From assembly GCA_963794325.1 (NCBI GenBank), contig CAWCDG010000002.1:256001-320000 (forward strand): a DNA stretch of 64,000 bases. The letters run 5' to 3'. The translations under genes were made by a program, and so were the position numbers. Each line of letters begins with the position of its first letter. The first letter of the stretch is position 1. This DNA is from an uncultured delta proteobacterium. GTDB lineage: Bacteria; Desulfobacterota; Binatia; Binatales; Binataceae. Shown piece after piece: positions 1 to 9,836 of this stretch. Below the pieces are notes generated by a model. It did no database searches. It was not told the DNA's origin and saw nothing but the letters and a program-made list of their open reading frames with translations.

Positions 1-1136
1 GTTGTAGAAGGTCACATTAGAGCCGCTCAATGTAACATTCGCCGTTGCTCCAACAGGAGCTATACCGGGCTCGCCATGCCTGTTGGGTCCAGCCTCCACA
101 ACTAAAAGGGGGGCCTACCGTGGGGTTTTTGGAAGCTTTTGGGGGGATTATTGCTGACGTGTAGGGAGTACCGATATTGGATTCCGCCGCCATTGATTAC
201 ATACGTGCCGGGATTGAAGGTTATGGTTATTGGGGAGCTTGGGTTCGAAGGCTTGGTGCACCCAGACGCAGCGCAGGTCCAGATACCCGCTGTATATGTG
301 CCGGGTGAAAGGACCGTGTTTTTCGTGATTATTTGCTGTGGGGAAGGCGGCGCCTGATGTCGTCGGCACAGGTGCGCCAGACAGCAAATCGTCAACTGGC
401 GGAGCATCCGGTGCACCGGAAGCGGGGTTACGCAGTCTCCATCATCCTGAAAGCCGCCGGCGCTGTAAGTCTGCAGGGTATTCATGCAACTGCCGCCATG
501 CGTACCGATCGGATCATTACTGGTCGAATCCGAATATACATCGCATTGGGTTGCATTCACGGTGACATCGCCGGACGCTTGCCCGTTGCCAACTACCATC
601 GCGTGGTGCTGGCTTCCCTCAAGCGTCTGAAAACAAATCGGTACCGGGTTAGGCTTTGCGACGGCTCGGGCGGTCATCGGAAAAGTTGGATAACCCAGAA
701 CTTTGAGGAAGGAGGTCGAAACCGTGGCGTTGATGATTGCTTCGACGTATCCGTCTTTGGTGGCATAAGGTCCATAATTCGGCGGGGTGTGAACGTCCAC
801 CAGAGTTACGGTTACCCCACCGGTGGTCGAGCCCTGAGTGAAGCCGTTCCTGGTCGCATCGTAAGTCCCCGCGGCTACTACACTGCTGGTATCCTGGTTG
901 GCGATTTCGTTTGCTCCGGCCTTCGCGGCCGCATCGGCGGCATCCTGCATTTCCTGCCTTGTGATCCAGGCGTAACCGACGTCGTAAACTATGCCGGTCA
1001 TGGCGAGCAGCATAATCATCGAGCCGGCCATCAGCACCATCGCCTGGCCGCGCGGGAAGCCCGCAAATATTCGCGATAGTGCCTCTTTTAAGGAGCCAAC
1101 CCGTGAGTTCCTGCTAGAGCGACGGTTCATGTACAA
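1..1136 (-). CDS. tadG: TadG-like minor pilin/pilus assembly protein, partial at left edge, apparent frameshifts
   Basis: N-terminal pilin motif RGQAMVLMAGSMIMLLAMTGIVYDVG...MQDAADAAAKAGA; C-terminal LSPGTY/FNPGTYVINGG repeats. A shifted frame at 1-60 reads ANVTLSGSNVTFYN, so the gene continues off-window. Confidence 0.75.
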
Positions 1137-1166
1137 CTTCCTTCCGCTATTGTTTTGCGGGCGCCA

Positions 1167-1685
1167 TCATTTCGAACGCATAAGAGACTGGGTCGTGAAG
1201 GCCATCGTGTGCGGGATACCCGGATACGTGACCATGGTGCTGAAAGAACCCGAAGCAGTCACCTGTTCATACTTTCTCCAGTCGGGGCACGGAGGGCTTT
1301 GGCGTAAGGGGGTCCACTCCGCAGGACAGCGCGTAGGGGGCGTCCGAAGTGCTACCAAATTGGTGCAGGTCGTTCCGGTTGAATTCGGGCAACAGCAGTA
1401 ATACGTCGCGGTCGATGTGACGCTGATATTGGGAGCAGCGGCCGTGGCGTAGTTTTGCATTCCGGCTGTATCACTGGAAGTTTGCAAGCTCTGGGCGCCG
1501 TACTGAGCTCCCGCACGAGCGGCCTCGGACACTTGCAGATAGGCGAAGAACATCCTGCCCGCATCGGCGACGATCATCAGGATCAACAACACCACCGGCG
1601 CCAGCATGGCAACTTCGACGGCTGATTGTCCTCGCCGCCAACCGCTATACGATCGTTTCTGCAATATCGTGGGTTGTTCCTTCAT
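1167..1685 (-). CDS. tadE: TadE-family minor pilin
   Basis: RRGQSAVEVAMLAPVVLLIL...AARAGAQY motif; overlaps the stop of the upstream gene. Confidence 0.85.
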   Translation of the reverse strand: MKEQPTILQKRSYSGWRRGQSAVEVAMLAPVVLLILMIVADAGRMFFAYLQVSEAARAGAQYGAQSLQTSSDTAGMQNYATAAAPNISVTSTATYYCCCPNSTGTTCTNLVALRTPPTRCPAEWTPLRQSPPCPDWRKYEQVTASGSFSTMVTYPGIPHTMAFTTQSLMRSK

Positions 1686-2179
1686 TGACTGATAACCATC
1701 TGCGTCGTCGCCGTAAGCGGCAGCGTTACGGGACTAAAGAACGGAACCGTGATCGGAAAGTTATATTGAACCTGAACCTGCACCTTGCTGCCCGGGCAGT
1801 TGCTCGTGCCGCTTGGACAGCTATTCGGAATCCACGACGCAGTGACCGACGGCGCACTCCCGGAATTAAGCCAATCCGCCATTCCCTGGACATAGGTCGT
1901 GATATCGCTCTGGGTGGCGGGACCGGTCGGGGTGCACGAGCTGCACGAATAGGTACTGCCGCGCACCGATGCCCATCGTGCACCCGCATTTGCCGCGTAT
2001 GAGACTTCGGAATAGGTGTAGAGTGCGGTCGCGAAATTAATGATGCCGAATATCATAAGTGGCAGCACAAGAAGCATCACCATTCCGAACTCCGCGGACG
2101 CTTGTCCGCGTCGATATCGGCGTTTGCGGAGAAAAGTCCGGTCGGGTTGATTTCTTTGCAACTGCTGTCGATCATCCAT
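1682..2179 (-). CDS. tadE: TadE-family minor pilin
   Basis: RRGQASAEFGMV...AANAGARWA motif; ATG at 2179 preferred over the longer ORF start. Confidence 0.85.
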   Translation of the reverse strand: MDDRQQLQRNQPDRTFLRKRRYRRGQASAEFGMVMLLVLPLMIFGIINFATALYTYSEVSYAANAGARWASVRGSTYSCSSCTPTGPATQSDITTYVQGMADWLNSGSAPSVTASWIPNSCPSGTSNCPGSKVQVQVQYNFPITVPFFSPVTLPLTATTQMVISQ

Positions 2180-2581
2180 GGTACGGCCGCCTGCAAACCT
2201 TCTGAGTTCACGCGCTTCGAACGAATCGGCTGCGTCAGCGCTCACCGTCCACGTTGAGGGCTGTCTCATAAGTCTGACAACCAGTCTCGCCCCTGCTCGC
2301 TGCTGGTTGGTTGGACTTATTTGCGTGAAATACCCCTCTATATTCTGCTTGGGCAGTTTTAACGTCTGCCCAGCATAAGTCAAGGGCAAGGATGTGCCTA
2401 TAGTTCATCGTATTGGTTATTCAACAGCCATTAGCTCAGCTAAGCCATCTTAAACTTGCCTGCGAGCGAGTGGCAATGGGTATTTTACGGAGCGGAACTT
2501 CTCGGTGGAGGCCCAAGCTAGCCTACACGGTGGTATATTCACCTACGATTAGTTATGTTCATGCGATGGAAGGGTGGCGAG

Positions 2582-3463
2582 TTATGCGGCCGCGGTGCGG
2601 CGAAGATGAGCGCATCCTCCGAGGCTGCTGCCGCTGACCAAGTGGTACAGCGCGTCGAGCTGCCGTGCGCCGGTGCCCATCGCGTCGAGGAAGACGTTCG
2701 AATCCTCGAGCACCTCGAGCTGCGGATCGACGCGTCGTAACTCGGTCGGATTGTGCACCGTCCAGGAGAAGGTCGTGCCGAGTTGCCGATGCGCGGGACG
2801 TCTCGTTACGATCCAGGCGCCGAATGGACTGGCGTAGTCGAACGCAATTTCAACCTCGGCGCGTCGCAGGTCCGCCGCGTCCGCTTGCGCTCGGAACAGC
2901 GACTCGACCTGCGCTCGCTGCAGGAAAAACAGCACGCCTTCCGCAACCACGATGGCGGGTCGTCCGGTGTCCCACGGAATCGAGGCGAACAGCTGCGAGT
3001 CCGTAACATCACCGGCAATGATTCGCCGGCGCGTGCTCTCGGCGAAGAAGCGGCGGCGTATCGCAATCACCGCGGGCAGATCGACGTCGATCCAGGTAAA
3101 TCGGCCGTCGCTCGCTTCCTCGAGATCTTCGAAGCTCGGGTCGAGACCGCATCCGAGGTTGATGCACAATCCGTCCGGATGGCGTTCGAGAAACCGGCGC
3201 ACCGTCTGCCCGAACCATTGCGATCGCAGCACCACGGCTCGAACTTCGCTGGGGTTGAGATTGAAACTTCGCGGATCGACGTCAAGCTCGCGAAGGATCT
3301 CGGTGGAGCGGCGGCCGCGGTACCGAATCTCAGGTGCGTCAGTTGCGGCGAGCGCCTTCGCCGCGAGGGTCACCAGCATCGTGGCCGATACACCAGGCAG
3401 AGCGGACACGCTCGGGGCGAGGGTCATATTTGGCGGGACAATGCGCTTGCCGTTCGGTTCCAT
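2582..3463 (-). CDS. Class I SAM-dependent methyltransferase (LCM/TcmP-like)
   Basis: INLGCGLD, WIDVDLPAVI and AEGVLFFL motifs. Confidence 0.85.
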   Translation of the reverse strand: MEPNGKRIVPPNMTLAPSVSALPGVSATMLVTLAAKALAATDAPEIRYRGRRSTEILRELDVDPRSFNLNPSEVRAVVLRSQWFGQTVRRFLERHPDGLCINLGCGLDPSFEDLEEASDGRFTWIDVDLPAVIAIRRRFFAESTRRRIIAGDVTDSQLFASIPWDTGRPAIVVAEGVLFFLQRAQVESLFRAQADAADLRRAEVEIAFDYASPFGAWIVTRRPAHRQLGTTFSWTVHNPTELRRVDPQLEVLEDSNVFLDAMGTGARQLDALYHLVSGSSLGGCAHLRRTAAA

Positions 3464-3550
3464 CGAGGCCCCCGGTACAGCGAACGCTTACGCATAGCCG
3501 ATGCGTCGCGAGTATCACAAGAGTGTTCGAGCCGGAGGTAGTGTCCGGGT

Positions 3551-3668
3551 TTTCAGTGGGGCGGGCCGGCGTGCCCGCCCTCTCCTCAAGGTGCGTGAGT
3601 CATTCGTCGGTAAGCGTGGACGCGGAAGTCCACGCGTCGATGGCGGGCACGGCGGCCCGCCCCACTAC
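3551..3668. repeat. Inverted pair of REP-like palindromes (REPIN-like)
   Basis: gtggggcgggccggcgtgcccgcc at 3556 and an inverted copy at 3642-3668, with an internal hairpin gcgtggac/gtccacgc; a third copy lies at 59946-59982. Confidence 0.7.
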
Positions 3669-3686
3669 AAAAGCAGAAGCTCTGAT

Positions 3687-4535
3687 TCATGCTAGCTGCG
3701 CCATTTTAAGGGCGCACTGCTCGAGGCCGGTGGCCAACCAGGTTTCAACTGCCCGATTCAGCTCGGCGGGGTTGCCGGTCATCAGCCAGTGGTTCGATTT
3801 GATGACCGAGCGCGTGGCGTTTGGTAGCACTGCAAAGTTGATAGCCTCCTGCCAGGCCAGACTTTCGTCTGCGACGGCGATGAGAGTTGGGCAGGACGCT
3901 CTGCGTACCGTGCCGGAGTGGTCTTTGCCTGCTGCCGTGCAGACCGCGATTAAGGTGTCGCGTGAAATTCGAGCGCGCAGCATTCCATCGGCGCCGCGCG
4001 TCAGGCCTCGTTCGAATGCGCGCCGCAGGTCACCATTCCAGTTGGAGTATTGCGGCAAGCCGCGCACCGCGTTTATCGCTGCTTCGATCGAGGGCCACGG
4101 TCCCAATTCGCCGGCGAAGGTAACGTCGACGAACATCTCGGCGGGGATCGGAATGCCGGAAGCGGGGGAGGGATCGAGCAGCAGCATCGCGTGCGCCGCC
4201 TCGGGATGCGTACCGGCGATCATTGCGGCCAGCTTTCCGCCCCATGAATGTCCACCCCAAATCACCGGGCCCTTCACCACCTGACGGCTCATCGAAAAAA
4301 TTAACTCGGTGAGCGGCTCCATTTCCCAGTCCGGCGCCGGAGTGCTCCCGCCATGGCCAGGCATATCGAATGCGATGACGCGCCTTCCGGCGAGCGCAGG
4401 AATCAGCGGCTTGAACCAGAGCGCATTCCCGCCGACGCCATGCAGCAGTATGATCGGCGTTCCGCGGCCACCGCGCTCAACTCCGGTGAAGATGCCGCCG
4501 CCGTGTTCGATTCGAAGTTCTCTGAATTCAGTCAT
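3687..4535 (-). CDS. Alpha/beta fold hydrolase
   Basis: LLHGVGG, DMPGHGGS and nucleophile elbow GHSWGG; C-terminal His. Confidence 0.9.
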   Translation of the reverse strand: MTEFRELRIEHGGGIFTGVERGGRGTPIILLHGVGGNALWFKPLIPALAGRRVIAFDMPGHGGSTPAPDWEMEPLTELIFSMSRQVVKGPVIWGGHSWGGKLAAMIAGTHPEAAHAMLLLDPSPASGIPIPAEMFVDVTFAGELGPWPSIEAAINAVRGLPQYSNWNGDLRRAFERGLTRGADGMLRARISRDTLIAVCTAAGKDHSGTVRRASCPTLIAVADESLAWQEAINFAVLPNATRSVIKSNHWLMTGNPAELNRAVETWLATGLEQCALKMAQLA

Positions 4536-4794
4536 GGTACCGCCTCGTAACCTCTGTAGGGTTATTCTACCAACAGTAGCGAAGCAAGTTGTGCGTCTGG
4601 CGCGGCAATTCCGGGATGAATTTGCTTTGGCGGTTAGTTAAGCACGGCTAATTCGAATATCCGGAAAGTCGCGAAATCTCAACATATTGTAGAGGCAGAG
4701 CGCGATGTGCAGCGCAGGGACGGCATCGGAAGTCTTGTAGCAATTAGCTACTATCTGTTTATTCACAGTTAGTTGTCTGTTAGTAATTCACGGC

Positions 4795-5298
4795 ATGGGG
4801 AAACCAAAGACTTCACGACCAACCGCCATCGTGCGCGCGGGAAAACACAAAGCGAAGATCTCAACCGCCTCAACCGCGCAGAACAGGGTACACGCTTTTG
4901 CCGAAGCGATACGCTCGCGGCGACGAGAACTGAATCTCACGCAGGACGAAGTCGCCGACCGGATCGGGATTTCGACCCCGTACGTCGGCCATCTCGAATC
5001 CGGCAAGCGGCATCCGTCCGACAAGATTGTTGCAAGAATGGCCGCGGCGCTCGATCTCGGCAACCGCGAATTGTTCTTTCTTGCTAACCCTCATGCGCAA
5101 GCGCTGATTTCGGAACCGGCGGAGGCGGAGGGTTCGACCTGGGAACAGTTTCAAAAGGACGACAAACTCCGGCGCCTCCACAATGTATTGAATGATGAAA
5201 TGGTGGTGCTGTCGCAGGTCGCGCTGATGGGCGACGTTCAGTCGACTCGCGATCTGATCTACATACTCACAACGATTCGTCACGCGGTCGGAAGGTAG
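4795..5298 (+). CDS. XRE-family HTH transcriptional regulator
   Basis: RRRELNLTQDEVADRIGISTPYVGHLESGKRHPS. Confidence 0.9.
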   Translation: MGKPKTSRPTAIVRAGKHKAKISTASTAQNRVHAFAEAIRSRRRELNLTQDEVADRIGISTPYVGHLESGKRHPSDKIVARMAAALDLGNRELFFLANPHAQALISEPAEAEGSTWEQFQKDDKLRRLHNVLNDEMVVLSQVALMGDVQSTRDLIYILTTIRHAVGR

Positions 5299-5371
5299 CT
5301 GGGCCTCCCGCGACCTTAGCCGCGCCGGCAGGATGGCCGAACTGGCGCACGACAGTTAAGCTGAAACTGTT

Positions 5372-6217
5372 GTGAGCACGCTTTCATCGACCGGCGAAAC
5401 TGTCCCTGCGCTGCATCCGCTGAATCACGGATTCATCTGGACGCCGGTGCGCGGCCCGTTTCGCGCTATCACAGGCGAGCAGGCGCGTTCGTTCAATGAG
5501 CGCGGTTTCTTCGTGCTCGAAAATGCGATCGATCGCGCGACCGTCACGCGCGTCCGCGACGCAATAGATCCCTTCGAAGCGAAGGCCGAGGAGTTCCTGC
5601 GCTCGCGTCCGGACGGCAGGATGGGTATCGCGCAGGCCGACGGAATTACTTTCACCGTTCACCTCGTCAGGCTTTCCAAAGTGTTGCGCGAGTTTTCGGC
5701 GAGCACTGTCTTTCAGGATCTTTGTCACGATCTGATCGGTCCCGACGTGCGCCTCTACTGGGATCAAGCCGTGTACAAGAAGCCCGAGTATCCCAAGCCG
5801 TTCCCGTGGCATCAGGACAACGGCTACACCTACATCGAGCCGCAGGCGTACCTCACGTGCTGGATCGCTCTCAACGACGCGACGGTTGACAACGGTTGTC
5901 CGTGGGTGATTCCGGGCGGGCATTTGCGCGGGACGCTGGCGCATCGCCTCTCGAAGCTGGGCTACGTGTGCCGTGAAGAGGACGGTCCCGAAGCGCTCGC
6001 AGTTCCGGTCCGCGAAGGGAGCGTCGTCGTATTTTCCTCGCTGATGCCGCATCGCACCGGCCCGAACGTCACTGCCGCAGTGCGTAAATCCTATATTCTT
6101 CAGTACGCGCCGGAGGGCGCGCGCGTCGTGCAGACCGACACTGCCTGCGACGCGCCGGATCGCCAGTATCTGATTCTGAAAGACGGCGACCGCGTTTCGC
6201 CTCCCCCGCTCGAATAG
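5372..6217 (+). CDS. Phytanoyl-CoA dioxygenase (PhyH) family Fe/2OG oxygenase
   Basis: PWHQD, WIALNDATVDNGCPWVIPGGH and HRTGPN...R motifs. Confidence 0.9.
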   Translation: MSTLSSTGETVPALHPLNHGFIWTPVRGPFRAITGEQARSFNERGFFVLENAIDRATVTRVRDAIDPFEAKAEEFLRSRPDGRMGIAQADGITFTVHLVRLSKVLREFSASTVFQDLCHDLIGPDVRLYWDQAVYKKPEYPKPFPWHQDNGYTYIEPQAYLTCWIALNDATVDNGCPWVIPGGHLRGTLAHRLSKLGYVCREEDGPEALAVPVREGSVVVFSSLMPHRTGPNVTAAVRKSYILQYAPEGARVVQTDTACDAPDRQYLILKDGDRVSPPPLE

Positions 6218-6500
6218 CGACTCGACTTTATTCTTTCTTCAGATCGGAACAAATTACAAATTCGCCTGTGTGTATTAACTGCGCGGCGCCGAATAGCTAA
6301 TCGACGATGTAGCAATTCGGTAATGCGCGAGTATCAACTTGCTAATCCATTTGTCATTCTCCGCTATCTCACTCTTCAGCCGCAGTTCACTATTTGTGTA
6401 GTTATGCCAGTCCCGATCTGATTGCATATTCGAAGGTAGTGCAGGCGTACGAGGCCGTTGCGGTGTTATCAACGCGAGGCAAGCGGGGAGGGGTAGGGCC

Positions 6501-7295
6501 ATGGTTAAGCGCAGCTATTACCGGGCGATCTGGATCTCCGATGTGCACCTTGGAACTCGAGCGTGCAAGGCAAATTCGTTACTCGATTTTCTGCGTAACC
6601 ATATTGCGGAAACCCTCTACCTGGTTGGCGACATCGTCGATGGGTGGAACTGCGGACCCGCATGGCATTGGAGTGACGCGCAGCAAGAGCTGGTTGATGA
6701 GATCAAGCAGTGGCGGCGGGGCGGGGTCCACGTAGTATTCATTCCGGGAAATCATGACGAGGGTAATACTGGTCTGGTTGAAGACCTGTTCGGCCGCCTC
6801 CCTCTGATTACTTCGTTGATTCACCGTACCTCTAACGGAGCCAAAATGCTGGTGATCCATGGGCATCAGTTCGATGGATCGCTCAATCTGAATCGGCTGC
6901 TGCCAAAAATTGGAGCCAACGCGTACGCGCGCGCCCAGCGGATTCACGACTGGTACAATCGGCAGGCCGAGCACGGAAGCGACGAAGGTCGCTCGCTTTC
7001 CGACTTTCTGCGCCAGCCCGCCCGCAAGGCAATCGAGTTTCTCACTGACTTTCGCGATCGAGCAGTGCTGGCGGCCGCGCGCGACCATAAAGCCGACGGG
7101 GTTATCTGCGGGCACATTCATCGTTCGGATCATCGGCTGATCGGGAACGTTTTGTACGTCAACGACGGCGATTGGGTGCACAACCGGACCGCGGTGGTCG
7201 AGGAGCCGGACGGTGCGCTGCAAGTCCTGAGATGGACTACTTCACCGCAGAACATTTTTGTATCGGAACCGATGCCGCAGGAGGCGACCTCGTGA
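6501..7295 (+). CDS. PlcP/LpxH2-like metallophosphoesterase
   Basis: ISDVHLGTRAC, LVGDIVDGW, PGNHDE, HGHQFD, ICGHIH and YVNDGDWV motifs. Confidence 0.85.
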   Translation: MVKRSYYRAIWISDVHLGTRACKANSLLDFLRNHIAETLYLVGDIVDGWNCGPAWHWSDAQQELVDEIKQWRRGGVHVVFIPGNHDEGNTGLVEDLFGRLPLITSLIHRTSNGAKMLVIHGHQFDGSLNLNRLLPKIGANAYARAQRIHDWYNRQAEHGSDEGRSLSDFLRQPARKAIEFLTDFRDRAVLAAARDHKADGVICGHIHRSDHRLIGNVLYVNDGDWVHNRTAVVEEPDGALQVLRWTTSPQNIFVSEPMPQEATS

Positions 7296-8548
7296 GCATT
7301 TACAAAACCGAATCGGCGAATCGCGATGAGACACAGATCGATCTGATTTATTTCGACGCGGGCGGAGGACATCGCGCGTCGGCGACAGCTCTGATGGCCG
7401 TGGCTCGCCAACAGCATCGTGCGTGGCAGATCAATCTGGTCAACCTGCGCGAACTGCTGGAGCCGGCCGACATGATTCAACGCCTCACCGGCGTTCGCAT
7501 CGAGGATTTTTACAACTCGCAGCTCAAGCACGGTCTCACGATCGGAACTGGTCCGCTGCTGCGCCTAACGCAGATGCTGATTCGGCAACTCGAGCCGGCG
7601 ATTGTCAAACTGCTGGCGCGCCATTGGCAGCGCTCGCGGGCCGGCTTGGTCGTTTCGATGATTCCCAACTTCAATCACGCGATTTTGCAGGGGCTGCGAC
7701 AGGCCGACACGATGCGCCAGCGATCCGATACTCCGATGGTCACGATTCTTACCGACCTCGCCGACTGTCCGCCGCACTTCTGGATCGAACGGCAAAAGCA
7801 GTACCTGGTGTGCGGCACTGAAGCCGCGGCGGAGCAGGCGATCGCGATGGGGCATGCTCCCGAACGCGTATTTCTATCGTCGGGCATGATCGTGCGTCCA
7901 GAGTTCTATCGGCCGGTCGAGATGAACCGCGAGGCCGAGCGAATCCGCCTGGGTCTCGACCCCGGATTGCCGACCGGCATCGTGATGTTCGGCAGCTATG
8001 GCTCCAGCCAGATGGCAGCTATCGCCAGAAGAATCGAAACTGCCAAGTCAAGAAGCCAGCTTATCTTCGTATGCGGTCATAATGACAAGCTGCGCGAGCG
8101 CATCGAAAGTATGGAGCTGTCCTATCCGTTTCATTGCGTCGGCTTCACGCAGGAAATTCCCTACTACATGAAGCTCGCAGATTTTTTCATCGGCAAACCG
8201 GGTCCCGGCAGTATCAGCGAGGCCCTGGTTAGCGGGCTTCCGCTGGTCGTGGAACGCAACGCCTGGACGATGGTGCAGGAGCGTTTCAATACCGATTGGA
8301 TCGCGCAGAACGGATTCGGAGTTGTGCTGCCGTCCTTTCGCGAGATAGGCAGCGCGATTTCGACGATGCTCGATCGCGAACGGTACTCACACCTGCGCGC
8401 CAACGTGGAGGCATACCAGAACCGCGCGGTGTTCGAGATTCCGGAAATTCTGGAGAGCCTGATTTCTCAGCATCGAACCGCCAATTGGAGTTTCGGGCGA
8501 ACTGCCAGCGCAAGGCAATTCTCGTCGGAAATTCACTTCGGCATTTGA
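7292..8548 (+). CDS. MGDG synthase/UgtP-like GT28 glycosyltransferase
   Basis: AGGGHRASA, TILTD, KPGPGSISEAL and QERFN motifs; GTGA overlap with the upstream gene. Confidence 0.85.
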   Translation: MSIYKTESANRDETQIDLIYFDAGGGHRASATALMAVARQQHRAWQINLVNLRELLEPADMIQRLTGVRIEDFYNSQLKHGLTIGTGPLLRLTQMLIRQLEPAIVKLLARHWQRSRAGLVVSMIPNFNHAILQGLRQADTMRQRSDTPMVTILTDLADCPPHFWIERQKQYLVCGTEAAAEQAIAMGHAPERVFLSSGMIVRPEFYRPVEMNREAERIRLGLDPGLPTGIVMFGSYGSSQMAAIARRIETAKSRSQLIFVCGHNDKLRERIESMELSYPFHCVGFTQEIPYYMKLADFFIGKPGPGSISEALVSGLPLVVERNAWTMVQERFNTDWIAQNGFGVVLPSFREIGSAISTMLDRERYSHLRANVEAYQNRAVFEIPEILESLISQHRTANWSFGRTASARQFSSEIHFGI

Positions 8549-8557
8549 CGCTCGATT

Positions 8558-9313
8558 TTGAAAGCAACTCTTCTCGCCGCACTCTCGATTGTCGCGTTCG
8601 CCGCATTAAGTGTTAGCAACGTCAGCGGCTCCGATATCGGCGGCGTGCAGTTCAAAATTTTGAGTCCGGACGGCAAACAGACGCTCGGCTCGACGCGCTT
8701 CAGTGTCGTACAGAACAATTCAACCGAAGAAATCAAAGGCGAAACCACGTACTTCGACGGCGAGCGCGATAACGAAGACGAAATCCTGTACGCGGTTTCG
8801 CAAACCGACCGACTACGCCTCGAGACGTACACGCACTCCTTCTTCAACGCCGACGGCACGCTACGGATGCTTGACACGCTGGACGCTAAGTCTGGCACCG
8901 CATCTTGCGCGACCTTCACCTCCGGGAACATGAAACTGCGCAAGTCGCAGCTTGAGATACCGGCAGATTCTTTCGCTGGAGCGTCCGGGCTGATGATGAT
9001 GGTTGAGAGTCTCAGACACGGGAGTCGCGAAATAAGGTTTCACGCATTCGCGTGTGCGCCCGGACCCGGGCTCTTCAGCGTCAAAGCGTCGATTCCGGAT
9101 CGATCGGATCATTGGTCCCTGTATCCGGGCGATCTCGTCCGGCTCGACATGCGGCCCGACCTCGGCGCCTTGAATCTGTTGATCGCTCCGTTCCTCCCGA
9201 CGATGGATGCGTGGTTCAATCCCGCCGACAATTGGAACTACATCGGCGGCGAGTTCGACCGCTATTTCCGCGGACCCCATGTGCTGACCGTGCGAGTCCG
9301 GCCAGCTGATTGA
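8558..9313 (+). CDS. Secreted hypothetical protein
   Basis: Signal-peptide-like N-terminus; 9 bp downstream of the glycosyltransferase. Confidence 0.7.
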   Translation: MKATLLAALSIVAFAALSVSNVSGSDIGGVQFKILSPDGKQTLGSTRFSVVQNNSTEEIKGETTYFDGERDNEDEILYAVSQTDRLRLETYTHSFFNADGTLRMLDTLDAKSGTASCATFTSGNMKLRKSQLEIPADSFAGASGLMMMVESLRHGSREIRFHAFACAPGPGLFSVKASIPDRSDHWSLYPGDLVRLDMRPDLGALNLLIAPFLPTMDAWFNPADNWNYIGGEFDRYFRGPHVLTVRVRPAD

Positions 9314-9472
9314 GGCTTTAAGATCGCAAATCCGGGATCGATTCGTAACGCCAGGATGCGGCCGTCTGCGCTCCGTTGATATTTTCAGCTTGCGCGCCTT
9401 TGCGAAAATGTCGAGAATTGAGCCGCAAATTGTTGCATCAATATTTGCGGCGAGAATTTCGCGGAGGTTTCC

Positions 9473-9805
9473 GTGGAGATCGGCGAGCGGCACGATGGCG
9501 ACATTCTGATCCTGAGTCCCGCCGGCCGAATCGACAACGACACCAGCCAGGCTTTTCAAGCCACTCTGCTCTCCGCTCTGACTCCGGGTGCAGCGGTGCT
9601 GGTCGATTTTTCCGCGATCGAATACGTTTCGAGCGCCGGCTTGCGTGCGCTGATGATGGGATCGAAACAAGCGAAGGCGTCGAACGGGCGGCTCGCAGTC
9701 GCCGCGCTGGGGCCGGTGGTCAAGGAAATTTTCGAGATCAGCCGCTTCTCGCTGGTCGTGCAAGTTTTCCAAACAACAGCCGAAGCACTTGCGGCTTTGC
9801 GCTAA
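9473..9805 (+). CDS. STAS anti-sigma-factor antagonist (RsbV/SpoIIAA-like)
   Basis: GRID...VDFSAIEYVSSAGLRAL...EIFEISRF; GGAGG RBS. Confidence 0.9.
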   Translation: MEIGERHDGDILILSPAGRIDNDTSQAFQATLLSALTPGAAVLVDFSAIEYVSSAGLRALMMGSKQAKASNGRLAVAALGPVVKEIFEISRFSLVVQVFQTTAEALAALR

Positions 9806-9836
9806 CTCGCGGACAACTGCACATGGGTGAGCGTCG

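Noticed and set aside
2386-2400. Possible sigma54 promoter (minus strand GGCACATCCTTGC) upstream of the tadE genes
   Set aside because: Spacing is GG-N9-GC, one base short of the required N10, unless there is an indel error.
4678-4693. NrdR-box-like ctcaacatattgtag
   Set aside because: Single imperfect copy and no nrd genes nearby.
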